In this document: positions 46,657 through 57,013 of the stretch, piece by piece
How the letters are laid out: the number at the start of each line of letters is the position of its first letter
Numbering within the stretch: position 1 is the stretch's first letter
NCBI GenBank assembly: GCA_934154785.1
Contig: CAKPGL010000001.1
Coordinates: 366,477 to 430,476 of the forward strand
Length of the DNA stretch: 64,000 nt
Source: an uncultured Bacilli bacterium
GTDB taxonomy: Bacteria > Bacillota_I > Bacilli_A > RF39 > UBA660
Direction of reading: 5' to 3'
Program-made: the position numbers and the translations under genes
Notes under the pieces: model-generated
The model's input: the letters and a program-made list of their open reading frames with translations, nothing else
What the model was told of the DNA's origin: nothing
Databases searched by the model: none

Positions 46657-49113
46657 ATGAAAAAAAATAAGAATATTTCTATATTATTAATTATAGGTTT
46701 AATACTTTGTTTAATTTCTATTTTTAGTGGAAAGTTATTTGGTTCTAATGTCGATTGGATAAATCAACATGTTACTTTTGCCAATTATTTTCGAAATAAT
46801 TTTTATAAAACAGGTAAACTTTTACCCGATATAGCATGGAATTTAGGATTAGGACAAAATATATATAATTTTTCTTATTATGGATTATTAAATCCTATTA
46901 TTCTTATTTCTTATTTACTTCCTTTTATTTCTATGACTAATTATATAATGATTAGTAATATTATTTTATATTTACTAAGTATATACTTATTTTATAAATG
47001 GGTTAGTCCAAAATATAGTAGTAAACTATCACTATTATTAACCACTATATTCATGCTTAGTGGACCATTATTTTACCAATTTCATCGTCAAATAATGTTT
47101 GTAAATTATATGCCATTTTTACTTTTGAGTTTAATAGAAATAGATAAAAATAGAAAGAGTAGTTTATTTTTACTAACTATATATATTACTTTAATAATAT
47201 TAAGTAGTTACTATTATAGTGTAGGAGCTATACTATGCATAATAATTTATTATATATTTGTTCATTTTAATGATAGTATTCATGAAAAGTTAAAAATATT
47301 TATTCCTATTATAATTAGTGCTTTGTTATCAGGCATATTAATTATTCCAACTATTGATACTATTATAAGTGGTAGAAATGATATTAAAACTAGTATCAAT
47401 TTGTTAAATTTATTTATTCCTAACTTTGCAATTGGTAAAGTTATATATGGTTCTTATACCTTAGGAATTACTGCAATAATTATACCTAGTTTAGTTAGTT
47501 TATTAGTAAGTAAGGATAAAAAAAATAAATATTTAGGAGCGATTTTGTCAATACTTATTATATTTCCTATTTTTAGATATTTACTAAATGGTTGTTTATA
47601 TATTCGTAGTAAGGCTTTAATACCATTTTTACCATTATATATATATGGAATAGGTATATTTATAAAAGATTGTATTAATAAAGACGTAGATTATAAGTTA
47701 GTAATAAAAGTAACTTTAATAATTGCTTTATTAGGTTTAATTACAGGTTACTTTAATCTAGGATATTATTTAGATATAATTCTTTCTATAATTATCTTGA
47801 TGCTATTTATAAGTGATAAAAAAATATTATCTGGTTTCATAATTATTATCGAAATTCTTGCTATGTTTGTTGCATTTAATATTGATGAAAAATATGTAGA
47901 TAAAAGTGAGTATAATTCTTGGAATTTATACCAAGAAGAGTTAAGCAAGGTTATAGAAAATGATAGGTCTATTTATAGAATATCTGATGTACTAGAACCT
48001 ATTAACAATATTAATTATATTGGAGTTAATAATTATTATAAGGCTTCTTTATATTCATCTACTTATAATTATTACTATTATAATTTTTATCATAATACTT
48101 TAAATGCTAATAATATAACTTATAATCATCTTATGTTAGCGGATACTACAAATTTAATTATGAACCGTTTATTAGGAATAAAGTATATTGTAAGTAATGA
48201 GAAGTTAAATTTTGGATATAGTTTGTTAAGCAACAAAGATAATTTTTATTTATATAAGAATGATTATGCTTTACCTTTAGGTTACGCAACTAATAGAGTA
48301 TATAATAAAGATAGTTTTGCATCATTAAATTATCCTTATAATTTAGAAGTATTACTAACAGGAATAGTTACTGATAATTATACAAATTTTAATTTGGAAT
48401 ATACAAAAGTTCTTGATACTAAATATAATATAACTTTAGGAGATAATATTAGTGTTAGTAATAATGATGATTTTAGTATAGTTCAAGTATTAAAAGATTC
48501 TAGTATAAATTTGTCTTTTAATGAAGTAATTGCCAATAAATTATTATTTATAGAAATTAGTGGATTAGAAGAAAATAGCTGTAATACAGAACTTAGTATT
48601 GAAATAAATGGTGTTAAAAATAAATTAACATGTAAAGAATGGGGGTACCCTAATAAAAATAATACATTTCATTTTTTAGTTAGTGATGATGATATTTCTT
48701 CTTTAAATATTAATATTTCTAAAGGAATTTATAAAATAACAGATTTAAAATTATATACAATGGATAAAGATGTTCTTAATAAAGAATTTGATTTAATGGA
48801 AGATATTCAAATTAATGATAATAAACTAATTGGTAATATTAATGTTACCGATGATGGTTATATGGTTTTATCTATTCCATATGATAAAAACTTTATTGTA
48901 AAAATAGATGACAATGTTGTAGATTATGAATTAGTTAATTCAGGATTTGTTGGCTTTAAAATAAATAAAGGAAATCACAACATTGAACTAACTTATGTAA
49001 ATAGCAAAAAAACTTTAGGTATAATTAGTAGTTCAATCGGTTTATTATGTTTATTTATTTTAATTATTTTTAATTTAAAAAATTATAAATCAATTGACAT
49101 TTTAAAACAATAA
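46657..49113 (+). CDS. YfhO-family GT-C fold membrane glycosyltransferase
   Basis: N-terminal region SGKLFGSNVDWINQHVTFANYF...NLGLGQNIYNFSYYGLLNP matches the YfhO family (B. subtilis YfhO-like). About 13 TM helices plus a large C-terminal extracytoplasmic domain. Confidence 0.75.
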   Translation: MKKNKNISILLIIGLILCLISIFSGKLFGSNVDWINQHVTFANYFRNNFYKTGKLLPDIAWNLGLGQNIYNFSYYGLLNPIILISYLLPFISMTNYIMISNIILYLLSIYLFYKWVSPKYSSKLSLLLTTIFMLSGPLFYQFHRQIMFVNYMPFLLLSLIEIDKNRKSSLFLLTIYITLIILSSYYYSVGAILCIIIYYIFVHFNDSIHEKLKIFIPIIISALLSGILIIPTIDTIISGRNDIKTSINLLNLFIPNFAIGKVIYGSYTLGITAIIIPSLVSLLVSKDKKNKYLGAILSILIIFPIFRYLLNGCLYIRSKALIPFLPLYIYGIGIFIKDCINKDVDYKLVIKVTLIIALLGLITGYFNLGYYLDIILSIIILMLFISDKKILSGFIIIIEILAMFVAFNIDEKYVDKSEYNSWNLYQEELSKVIENDRSIYRISDVLEPINNINYIGVNNYYKASLYSSTYNYYYYNFYHNTLNANNITYNHLMLADTTNLIMNRLLGIKYIVSNEKLNFGYSLLSNKDNFYLYKNDYALPLGYATNRVYNKDSFASLNYPYNLEVLLTGIVTDNYTNFNLEYTKVLDTKYNITLGDNISVSNNDDFSIVQVLKDSSINLSFNEVIANKLLFIEISGLEENSCNTELSIEINGVKNKLTCKEWGYPNKNNTFHFLVSDDDISSLNINISKGIYKITDLKLYTMDKDVLNKEFDLMEDIQINDNKLIGNINVTDDGYMVLSIPYDKNFIVKIDDNVVDYELVNSGFVGFKINKGNHNIELTYVNSKKTLGIISSSIGLLCLFILIIFNLKNYKSIDILKQ

Positions 49114-49149
49114 TTATATACTTTTTATAGAGTAGAAAGTGGGATAAAT

Positions 49150-49752
49150 ATGAGAAGAAGAAGTGAAAATAGTCGTGAAAATAAAAGATATATTAGAGAA
49201 TTAATAATTATGGCTCTTTTAGTTACTATAATTGGTTTAACTGTGTCTTATGTTGCAGCAAGTACAGCCTTTAATATTGTTGGTATTTCAAATGTTAGAA
49301 CGGCAGATTGGAATGTTGGCTTTTCTTCTGCTAAAGTTGTAGCAAAGACAGGTGATGTCAATATAATAAATGATCCTAAGATATCAGGTCAAACTATTAA
49401 TTATGAAGTTGGATTAAAAAATGAAGGCGATAGTGTCACGATTGAAGCTATAGTAAAAAACTATGGAAATTTAGATGCTAAATTAAATTCTTACGTCATT
49501 ACAGGAATTACTAGTAATTATCAAAATAATGTTAGTTACAAGATAACTGATAAAAATGGTAGTGAATTAAAAGAAAACACTATTTTGAAAAGTGCGGAAG
49601 CTGATTATAATCAAAATATAATGCCAATATACATCACAATTACTTATGATAAATTCATATATGAAGATGTAGCGGGCACTATTTCATTTAACTTAGGTTT
49701 AAGTCTTAACTTTGTTCAAAATTGTACTACTTGTAATACAAATTTTAGCTAA
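49150..49752 (+). CDS. small TasA-like secreted protein with a SipW-type signal peptide (fifth member of the family in this window)
   Basis: N-terminus RELIIMALLVTIIGLTVSYVAASTAFNIVGISNVRTADWNVGF has the same motif. 200 aa. Confidence 0.45.
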   Translation: MRRRSENSRENKRYIRELIIMALLVTIIGLTVSYVAASTAFNIVGISNVRTADWNVGFSSAKVVAKTGDVNIINDPKISGQTINYEVGLKNEGDSVTIEAIVKNYGNLDAKLNSYVITGITSNYQNNVSYKITDKNGSELKENTILKSAEADYNQNIMPIYITITYDKFIYEDVAGTISFNLGLSLNFVQNCTTCNTNFS

Positions 49753-49829
49753 ATACTATTTACAAAATTTAGTTTTATGATATAATTATTGGTATAAAAG
49801 AAAAGCGAAGAAAAAGAAGTAGTAATATA

Positions 49830-49997
49830 TTGATGCTTTTAAGAGAGTTTGTGGTTGGTGAAAACAAATAAGTTAGATATATGAATTCGTCTTTGGAGCT
49901 GTTGTTACCGGTAATGCGTTATAGTTTTGAGGTTATATTTTATAACAAATTAAGGTGGTACCACGTAATCACGTCCTTATAGGATGTGATTTTTTTA
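49830..49997 (+). promoter_or_regulatory. T-box riboswitch leader of pheS-pheT
   Basis: Conserved T-box sequence aattaaggtggtaccacg (49948-49966) overlaps the 5' arm of a terminator (aatcacgtcc...ggatgtgatt plus T7). An AGAGAG stem-I element lies upstream, and a TTC-containing candidate specifier sits at about 49888. Confidence 0.6.
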
Positions 49998-50011
49998 TAG
50001 GAGGAATTTTT

Positions 50012-51058
50012 ATGAAAGAAAAAGTTATTGCGATTCAAAAAGAAATTGAAGAAAAATTAAGTAATGTTACTAATTTAAAAGAATTAAATGATATTCGTAT
50101 TTCTTATTTAAGTAAGAAAGGACCTATTTCTGAGTTATCTAGTTCTTTAGCAACTATGACTATTGATGAGAAAAAAGAATTTGGAGCGGTATTAAATAAC
50201 TTAAAAAATACTATTAATAACCAAATTGAATCTATTAAAAATAAATTAGAGCAAGAAGAATTAAATAAAAAGTTAGAAAGTGAAAAAATAGATATTAGTT
50301 TGCCCGCTACTAAAGTACCAGTAGGAGCCCCTAATATTTTAGAGCGTGTGGTTGAAGAAATTGAAGAATTACTAATGAGTATGGGATACGATGTAGTAGA
50401 TGGACCAGAGATAGAGGAAGATAAATTTAATTTTGAAATGCTAAATATTCCAAAGGGACATCCTGCTAGAGATGCTCAAGATACATTCTATATTGAGGAT
50501 GAAAAAATACTTTTACGTAGTCAAACTTCTCCAGTTCAAGCTAGAACGATGTTAAAAGGGGAAGGTAAAACACCTATTAGAATGATTTGCCCTGGTAAAA
50601 CATATCGTAGAGATGATGATGACGCAACACATTCACATCAATTTATGCAAATTGAAGGATTATTGGTTGATAAAAATATTAGTTTATCAGATTTAAAAGG
50701 TACTTTTGATGTTATTGCTAAAAAGTTATTTGGTGAAGATTGTAAAACAAGATTTAGACCTAGTTATTACCAATTCACAGAACCATCAGTAGAAACAGAT
50801 ATTAGTTGCTTTGCTTGTAAAGGAACAGGTTGTAGTTTATGTAAAAATACTGGTTGGATTACAGTATCTGGTGCGGGTATGGTACATCCTAATGTTTTAA
50901 GAAACTGTGGTTATGATCCAGATGTATGGAGTGGCTTTGCCTTTGGATTTGGTGCCGAAAGACTTGCTATGCTTAAATATGGTATTAATGATATTAGAAC
51001 TTTTTATCAAACTGATTTAAGAGAAGTAGGTACATTTGATAGAAAGGATGTTGATTAA
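50012..51058 (+). CDS. pheS: phenylalanine--tRNA ligase alpha subunit
   Basis: Class II aaRS motifs. Start taken at MKEKVIA after a GGAGGA RBS; the ORF track start is upstream inside the T-box leader. Confidence 0.9.
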   Translation: MKEKVIAIQKEIEEKLSNVTNLKELNDIRISYLSKKGPISELSSSLATMTIDEKKEFGAVLNNLKNTINNQIESIKNKLEQEELNKKLESEKIDISLPATKVPVGAPNILERVVEEIEELLMSMGYDVVDGPEIEEDKFNFEMLNIPKGHPARDAQDTFYIEDEKILLRSQTSPVQARTMLKGEGKTPIRMICPGKTYRRDDDDATHSHQFMQIEGLLVDKNISLSDLKGTFDVIAKKLFGEDCKTRFRPSYYQFTEPSVETDISCFACKGTGCSLCKNTGWITVSGAGMVHPNVLRNCGYDPDVWSGFAFGFGAERLAMLKYGINDIRTFYQTDLREVGTFDRKDVD

Positions 51059-51059
51059 G

Positions 51060-53441
51060 ATGATTAGTTTAAATTGGGTAAAAGATTATATTGATTTAAA
51101 TGGTCTAGATTTAAAAGAATTAGCAGTTAAGGTAACTAAAGCAGGCATTAACGTTGAAAAGGTTATTACTAATCATATTGATCACTTAGTAGTAGGTGAG
51201 GTATTAGAGTGTGTTTCTCATCCAGATAGTGATCATCTACATGTTTGCCAAGTTAATATCGGTAGTGAAACAACACAAATAGTTTGTGGTGCTAAAAACG
51301 TAAGAGCAGGTATTAAAGTAATAGTAGCGTTACCAGGTGCCGTTTTACCAGGTAACTTTGAAATAAAGAAAAGTACTATTCGTGGAGTAGAATCTAATGG
51401 CATGATTTGTGCTTTATTTGAACTTGGTTTAGAGGAAAAAACTGAAGAAAATTATAATAAAGGTATTCATGAATTAGATGCTGACGCTCCGGTTGGTGAA
51501 GATCCTCTTGCATACCTTGGACTTGATGATACATTATATGAATTAGATGTTCATAAACATCGTAATAATGACTGTTATTATCATATTGGATTTGCTTATG
51601 AAATAGCATCTATCTTAAATAAGAAAGTAACACTTCCAGAAGATAGTTTTACAGAAATAGAAGATTCTATTAATAATCATTTCAATTTAAAGGTTGAAAC
51701 TAAGAAGTGTCCTTATTACTTAGCAAAAATGGTTACAGACATTGAAATAAAAGAATCTCCAGATTTTATAAAGAAAAGATTAATTGCTGCTGGTATGCGT
51801 CCTATTAATAATGTCGTTGATATATCTAATTATGTAATGTTAGAATATGGTCAACCAATGCACTTCTTTGATAAAGATAAATTAGGTAATACTATTGTAG
51901 TAAGAGATGCTAAGGAAGATGAAAAAATAGTTACTTTAGATGAAAAAGAACGTATTTTAAAATCTAGTGATATAGTTATTACTGATGGTGAGAAACCTGT
52001 TTGTATTGCTGGTGTAATGGGTGGCTTAAATACTGATGTTGATAGCGCTACAAAAACTATTTTAATAGAGAGTGCTATATTTGACGCTACTAGTATTAGA
52101 TATACAGCGGGACATTTAAATTTACGCAGTGAAGCTTCTATTCGTTATGGTAAAGGATTAAACTATGAATATACTGGTCTTGCTATGTTAAGAGCATGTC
52201 ATTTACTTCAAAAATACGCTAATGCTAAAGTATTAAGTGGTATGATGATTTATGATAATGTCGATAAGACTCCAAAAATAGTTGAATTTAAAGCTGAAGA
52301 TGTAAATAAGTTATTAGGAATAAATATTAGTACTAAAGATATGGAAGTTGAATTAGATAGACTAGGTTTTAAATATACTTATAATGAAAATACTGATATG
52401 TTTAAAGCAATTATTCCTAATCGTAGATTAGATATTGATCCTAATGTAAATGATATAGCGGAAGAAATAGGTAGATTGTATGGTTATCATAATTTAGTTT
52501 CTACTTTACCACGTATACCTTTACGTAAAGGTGAATACGTAGGTGATGTAAAGTATCGTAAGTTAGTTTCTAAACGTTTACGTACTTTAGGTTTAAATGA
52601 ATGTAAGACTTATACTTTAACTAGTCCAGAAATGGCTAAATTATTTAAATATGATAATAAAGAAAATGTTGTTTTACCAAATCCAATGAGTATGGATAAA
52701 TCTGTTGTTAGAACAAGCATTTTACCATCTTTATTAAATACTTATGAATATAATAAGGCTAGAAAAGTAAATGATATTTTACTTTATGAAATAAGTAAAG
52801 TATACGATATTAATTATAATGAAGAAACTAAGATAGCTCTTCTTATGAAAGGTAATTATATTTGTAATAATTGGCAAAATAATGTTGTTAAAGTTGATTT
52901 TTATCTAATTAAAGGCATGGTAGAAAATGTTTTAGACTACTTAGGTTTTAAAAATAGATATACATTTACAGTTGATAATACTAGTGATATGCATCCTGGA
53001 ATGAGCGCAACAATATTATTAGATAGAGAACCAATTGGTATAGTAGGTAGAGTACATCCTTCACTAAGTAAAGATGATATATTTGTAGCGGAGTTATCAC
53101 TTACTAAAATTATGGGTAAACAGATAAAAGCAATAAAATATAAAGAATCATCTAAGTATCCAGAAATCAAAAAAGATCTTGCTTTTGTAGTAAATAAGAG
53201 TGTTCCATCTAGTGAATTAGTTAATCAAATTAAAAAATCTGGTGGTAGACTTTTAACTAATATAGATGTATTTGATATTTATACTGGAGAAAATGTTAAA
53301 GAAGATGAAAAATCTATTGCGTATACTTTAACATTTAGTGATGCTACTCGTACTTTATTAGAAGATGAAGTAAATACCGTTTTCCGTAAAATAATTGATG
53401 AAGTAGAAAATAAATGTAACGCTCGTTTGCGTGATAAGTAA
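51060..53441 (+). CDS. pheT: phenylalanine--tRNA ligase beta subunit
   Basis: N-terminal MISLNWVKDYIDL, B3/4, B5 and C-terminal FDX-ACB domains. The ATG is 2 nt after the pheS stop. Confidence 0.9.
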   Translation: MISLNWVKDYIDLNGLDLKELAVKVTKAGINVEKVITNHIDHLVVGEVLECVSHPDSDHLHVCQVNIGSETTQIVCGAKNVRAGIKVIVALPGAVLPGNFEIKKSTIRGVESNGMICALFELGLEEKTEENYNKGIHELDADAPVGEDPLAYLGLDDTLYELDVHKHRNNDCYYHIGFAYEIASILNKKVTLPEDSFTEIEDSINNHFNLKVETKKCPYYLAKMVTDIEIKESPDFIKKRLIAAGMRPINNVVDISNYVMLEYGQPMHFFDKDKLGNTIVVRDAKEDEKIVTLDEKERILKSSDIVITDGEKPVCIAGVMGGLNTDVDSATKTILIESAIFDATSIRYTAGHLNLRSEASIRYGKGLNYEYTGLAMLRACHLLQKYANAKVLSGMMIYDNVDKTPKIVEFKAEDVNKLLGINISTKDMEVELDRLGFKYTYNENTDMFKAIIPNRRLDIDPNVNDIAEEIGRLYGYHNLVSTLPRIPLRKGEYVGDVKYRKLVSKRLRTLGLNECKTYTLTSPEMAKLFKYDNKENVVLPNPMSMDKSVVRTSILPSLLNTYEYNKARKVNDILLYEISKVYDINYNEETKIALLMKGNYICNNWQNNVVKVDFYLIKGMVENVLDYLGFKNRYTFTVDNTSDMHPGMSATILLDREPIGIVGRVHPSLSKDDIFVAELSLTKIMGKQIKAIKYKESSKYPEIKKDLAFVVNKSVPSSELVNQIKKSGGRLLTNIDVFDIYTGENVKEDEKSIAYTLTFSDATRTLLEDEVNTVFRKIIDEVENKCNARLRDK

Positions 53442-53718
53442 AATGTTTCTAGACTTTTATAGGATAACAAATAATTTTTAAATCTTAGGTTTAAGCAATT
53501 TTAAATATATACATTTTTAAAATTGCTTTTTATGTACAAAATTATAGTTAGTTAGCAAATATACATCTTTCTAATTTGGATGGATTTTTTCTAAAATTTG
53601 TGCTACTATGGATATAATAGAAGTGTCGTTAAGGAGATTTATTAATATTTAAAATAAAAGAAGTAAACTGTGTAGTTTATAGATTTGTACACTACTATTT
53701 AAAAATAGAGGTAAGGTT

Positions 53719-54771
53719 ATGGAAAAAAGTAGAAATTATGGAATTGATTTGCTCCGCATTGTTTTGATTTTTATGGTCTGTGTTTTGCACACACTTGGTC
53801 ATGGGGGAGTTTTAAATACTAGTGTAGCGGGCACATTAAAATATAATGTTTATTGGTTAATTGCAATTTTTTCATATTGTGCAGTAGATGGATTTGCCAT
53901 AATAAGTGGGTATACCGCTAATAATAAACCAAAAAAGTATGAAAAAATTGTAGACAAGTGGTTTCAGATATTATTTTATTCCTTTGTTGTAACTTTAATA
54001 TTTACTGTTATAGGCATAAATGATAATTTTGGGATAAAGGAAATAATAAAGTGTTTGTTACCGATTACATTTAATAAATTTTGGTATATGACAGCATATT
54101 TTGCTTTGTTTTTTTCAATGCCAATTTTAAATAAATTTGTTTTTGAAACAAATGAAAATACTTTAAAAAAAGAATTAATAATTACTTTTATTTTATTTTC
54201 TATAATGGGCGTTTTAGGTGACCCATTCAAATCATCCGCAGGTTATTCAACAATATGGTTAATGGTTTTATATTATATTGGGGCTATATCTAAAAGAATT
54301 CATTTGTTTGAAAGTAAAAAATCTGTTACATTAATACTAATGTGGTTAACATGTATATTTGTTACTTGGATTACTTATATATTTTTAGGAACTTCCAGAC
54401 TAATAAATTATATATCGCCAACTATTTTGTTAAGTGGTTTAATAATGGTTATTTTATTTTCTAGAATGAAATTAAAGGGAAATATTATTTCTAAGGTATC
54501 ATCATTAACTTTGGGCGTTTATTTATTTCAGTTAAATCAAGTTGTTTGGAATAATATAATTAATGGTGCATTTTGTTCAATAGTTACTAAAAATATAATA
54601 CTAGGAGTACTATTAGTTTTGCTTTGTGCCAGTATAATTTTTATTCTAGGGTTAACTGTTGAGTTTATAAGAAATAAATTATTTAAGTTACTTAATGTAT
54701 CGTTATTAAGTCAAAAAGTTGTTGAATGTTCAAAATGTTTAATAGAAAAATCATTTTTCTTTTTAAAGTAG
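53719..54771 (+). CDS. acyltransferase-3 family membrane protein
   Basis: GIDLLRIVLIFMVCVLHT at the N-terminus and about 10 TM helices. Confidence 0.65.
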   Translation: MEKSRNYGIDLLRIVLIFMVCVLHTLGHGGVLNTSVAGTLKYNVYWLIAIFSYCAVDGFAIISGYTANNKPKKYEKIVDKWFQILFYSFVVTLIFTVIGINDNFGIKEIIKCLLPITFNKFWYMTAYFALFFSMPILNKFVFETNENTLKKELIITFILFSIMGVLGDPFKSSAGYSTIWLMVLYYIGAISKRIHLFESKKSVTLILMWLTCIFVTWITYIFLGTSRLINYISPTILLSGLIMVILFSRMKLKGNIISKVSSLTLGVYLFQLNQVVWNNIINGAFCSIVTKNIILGVLLVLLCASIIFILGLTVEFIRNKLFKLLNVSLLSQKVVECSKCLIEKSFFFLK

Positions 54772-54857
54772 TTTTGAGATAACCTTATCAATAAAAAATA
54801 TATAATTAGGTTGCGATAAAGTATGCCATATGATATAATCAAATTGGGAGGTAAGTT

Positions 54858-56228
54858 ATGGATATTATCAATAATGTAAATGATTTTATAAATAATATTG
54901 TTTGGGGTATACCTATGATAGTATTAATATTTGGAACAGGTATTTATTTTACAATAAGATTAAAATTTATACAGGTTACCAAAATTAAAGAGATTTTTAA
55001 CAATACAGTAAAAAAAGTTTTTAAAAAATCAGATGGAAAAGGAGTAATTCAATCTGGAGAGGCTGCCTTAATATCAATGGGTGAAATTGTTGGTTCTGGA
55101 AATATTGCTGGTGTTGCCACGGCTATAGCTAGTGGTGGACCAGGTTCAATATTTTGGATGTGGATAGCAGGATTTTTTGGAATGGCAATTAAATATATTG
55201 AAATTGCTTTAGGTATTATATATAGAAAAGTGTCAAAAAAAGATGGTTCTATAAAAGGTAATCCAATGTATTATTTAAAAGATGGTTTAAATAGTAAATT
55301 TTTAGCCGCTTTTTATGCAGTAATGGCTGTACTTTCATATATTGTTATAGTAGCAATGGTTGATACTAACACGATTGTTAATGCTGTTAATACAAAATTT
55401 AGTACTGTATCACCTAAAATTATAGCTTTAGTATTAGTTGTAATAGTAGGCGCTATTGTATTTGGTGGTATTAAGAGACTAGGTAATTTTAGTAAATATT
55501 TTGTGCCTATAATGGGAATAGTTTATATAATATCTGGATTAATAGTTATTGGTTGTAAATGGAATTTAGTAGGTAGTGCTTTTGCTACAATATTTTCTAG
55601 TGCATTTACTCCACAAGCAGCAGTTGGAGGCTTTGCTGGTGCTAGTATTGCACAGATAATTAGATATGGTTTAGCACGTGGTATTTATTCTAATGAAGCA
55701 GGTTTAGGTACTGCTGCCTTTGCCCATAGTGCTGCTAAAACTGATAGTCCAGTAAAACAAGCTATGTGGGGTCCAGTAGAAATATTTTTTGATACATTAA
55801 TTATTAATACAATTACAGGCTTAGTTGTTATAATAGCGGGTCTTTGGACTACAGGAATTTCTGGATCTGAATTAGTCATAAAATCATTTGATTTAGTTTT
55901 ACCTGGAGGTTTAGGAAGCTACATTATTATGATTGCATCAATTATGTTCTCATTTACTTGTTTAACTTCAGCAAGTTATGTATGTGAAGAATGCTTTGAA
56001 TATTTATTTGGTGCTAAAAGTATTATTATAGTTCGAATATTGTGGCTAGTATTTATTGTTCTAGGTGCATTAACAAGTTTGGAATTAGTATGGAATTTAG
56101 CTGATACAGTCAATGGTTTAATGTTAATACCTAATATGATTGGTATTATATTCTTAGGAAATAAAGTAGTTAAATTAACAAATGAATATTTTAAAAATAA
56201 TAAAAAAGCAAAAAAAGTTATCGATTGA
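54858..56228 (+). CDS. alanine/glycine:cation symporter (AGCS family)
   Basis: GEAALISMGEIVGSGNIAGVATAIASGGPGSIFWMWIAGFFGMAIKYIE is the AGCS signature region. Confidence 0.8.
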   Translation: MDIINNVNDFINNIVWGIPMIVLIFGTGIYFTIRLKFIQVTKIKEIFNNTVKKVFKKSDGKGVIQSGEAALISMGEIVGSGNIAGVATAIASGGPGSIFWMWIAGFFGMAIKYIEIALGIIYRKVSKKDGSIKGNPMYYLKDGLNSKFLAAFYAVMAVLSYIVIVAMVDTNTIVNAVNTKFSTVSPKIIALVLVVIVGAIVFGGIKRLGNFSKYFVPIMGIVYIISGLIVIGCKWNLVGSAFATIFSSAFTPQAAVGGFAGASIAQIIRYGLARGIYSNEAGLGTAAFAHSAAKTDSPVKQAMWGPVEIFFDTLIINTITGLVVIIAGLWTTGISGSELVIKSFDLVLPGGLGSYIIMIASIMFSFTCLTSASYVCEECFEYLFGAKSIIIVRILWLVFIVLGALTSLELVWNLADTVNGLMLIPNMIGIIFLGNKVVKLTNEYFKNNKKAKKVID

Positions 56229-56235
56229 TAACTTT

Positions 56236-56823
56236 TTATGCTTTTTTAATACTTTCAATGTATTTATTTACTTTACTAGCCCAGGATTTATCTTCAGCAT
56301 ATCTTTTGTTAATAAGTTCTGGAGTAGTTAAACCTTTAGAATAATAGTTATTATATAACATATTTAAATAGTAATTTATACCATCTTCTAAAGTATCAAA
56401 TCTTTTGTAAGAACCTCCATTGCAACCAGGGCTACCTTTGATACCCGCTACGTTATTACATTTTTTTAGTAGGGAACTACATCCCCATTTACATCCAGTT
56501 TCATGCATTGTAATAGCGACCGCTAAGTAAGGGTCTAACCCAAGTTCAATAGATTTTTCTGCAAACACTTTACCATATCCAGTTAAATCTGAAGTAAGTG
56601 TTCGATCTAATTTCTCCGTTAATTCTTGCATAGTTAAGTTATCCCAAACAATTGGTTCTTCAATAACTATTTCATTAGGAGATTCTAAAGTTGTCCTTTC
56701 TTCTTCTATACTAAAACTTTCTTGTTTTTTTGTTTCACTATTATAAATAGTTGTAATAGTAATTATAAGCATCATTGTAACTATAGTTGTTAAAATAGCG
56801 ATGCTTTTTTTATTAAACTTCAT
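56236..56823 (-). CDS. membrane-anchored glucosaminidase-domain protein (peptidoglycan hydrolase-like)
   Basis: N-terminal TM helix. Glucosaminidase-like core LDPYLAVAITMHETG ... YYLNMLYNNY. GAGAGGTG RBS. Confidence 0.5.
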   Translation of the reverse strand: MKFNKKSIAILTTIVTMMLIITITTIYNSETKKQESFSIEEERTTLESPNEIVIEEPIVWDNLTMQELTEKLDRTLTSDLTGYGKVFAEKSIELGLDPYLAVAITMHETGCKWGCSSLLKKCNNVAGIKGSPGCNGGSYKRFDTLEDGINYYLNMLYNNYYSKGLTTPELINKRYAEDKSWASKVNKYIESIKKA

Positions 56824-56958
56824 AATGCACCTCTCTTTAAATTTGCGTGAAACATTATCAATTTTAACATAATTTAGCTAAATAGTCAAATTAAGGTGAT
56901 TATGCTAATTTATATTAATGATTAATTATGAACGGGAAATTTAGAAGATATACATGAA

Positions 56959-56987
56959 TTGACAAAGAATAATTATAATGTTAGAAT
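56959..56987 (+). promoter_or_regulatory. candidate sigma-A promoter for mtaB
   Basis: TTGACA, a 17-nt spacer, then TAGAAT. Confidence 0.4.
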
Positions 56988-57013
56988 TATCTTATTTAGA
57001 AAGAAGTGGTTGT

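Noticed and set aside
53442-53718. Possible small RNA or terminator in the 277-bp gap after pheT
   Set aside because: No convincing hairpin with a T-run or conserved element was seen. The gap is AT-rich promoter-like sequence for the acyltransferase gene.
1782-55879. About 25 short ORFs in the track that lie antisense to or inside larger genes (for example 1782..2024-, 1967..2239-, 4616..5005-, 14911..15105-, 15627..15827-, 17012..17263-, 17166..17351-, 18160..18345+, 20731..20949-, 23906..24175-, 25935..26171-, 26392..26625-, 32202..32522-, 36703..37008-, 37051..37341-, 39315..39554+, 39882..40157+, 42087..42380-, 47766..47948-, 51394..51609-, 52937..53170-, 53279..53470-, 53976..54230-, 55685..55879-, 62966..63169-)
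   Set aside because: They are fully nested in or opposite strongly supported genes, lack RBSs, and have low-complexity or hydrophobic-repeat translations typical of shadow ORFs in AT-rich DNA.
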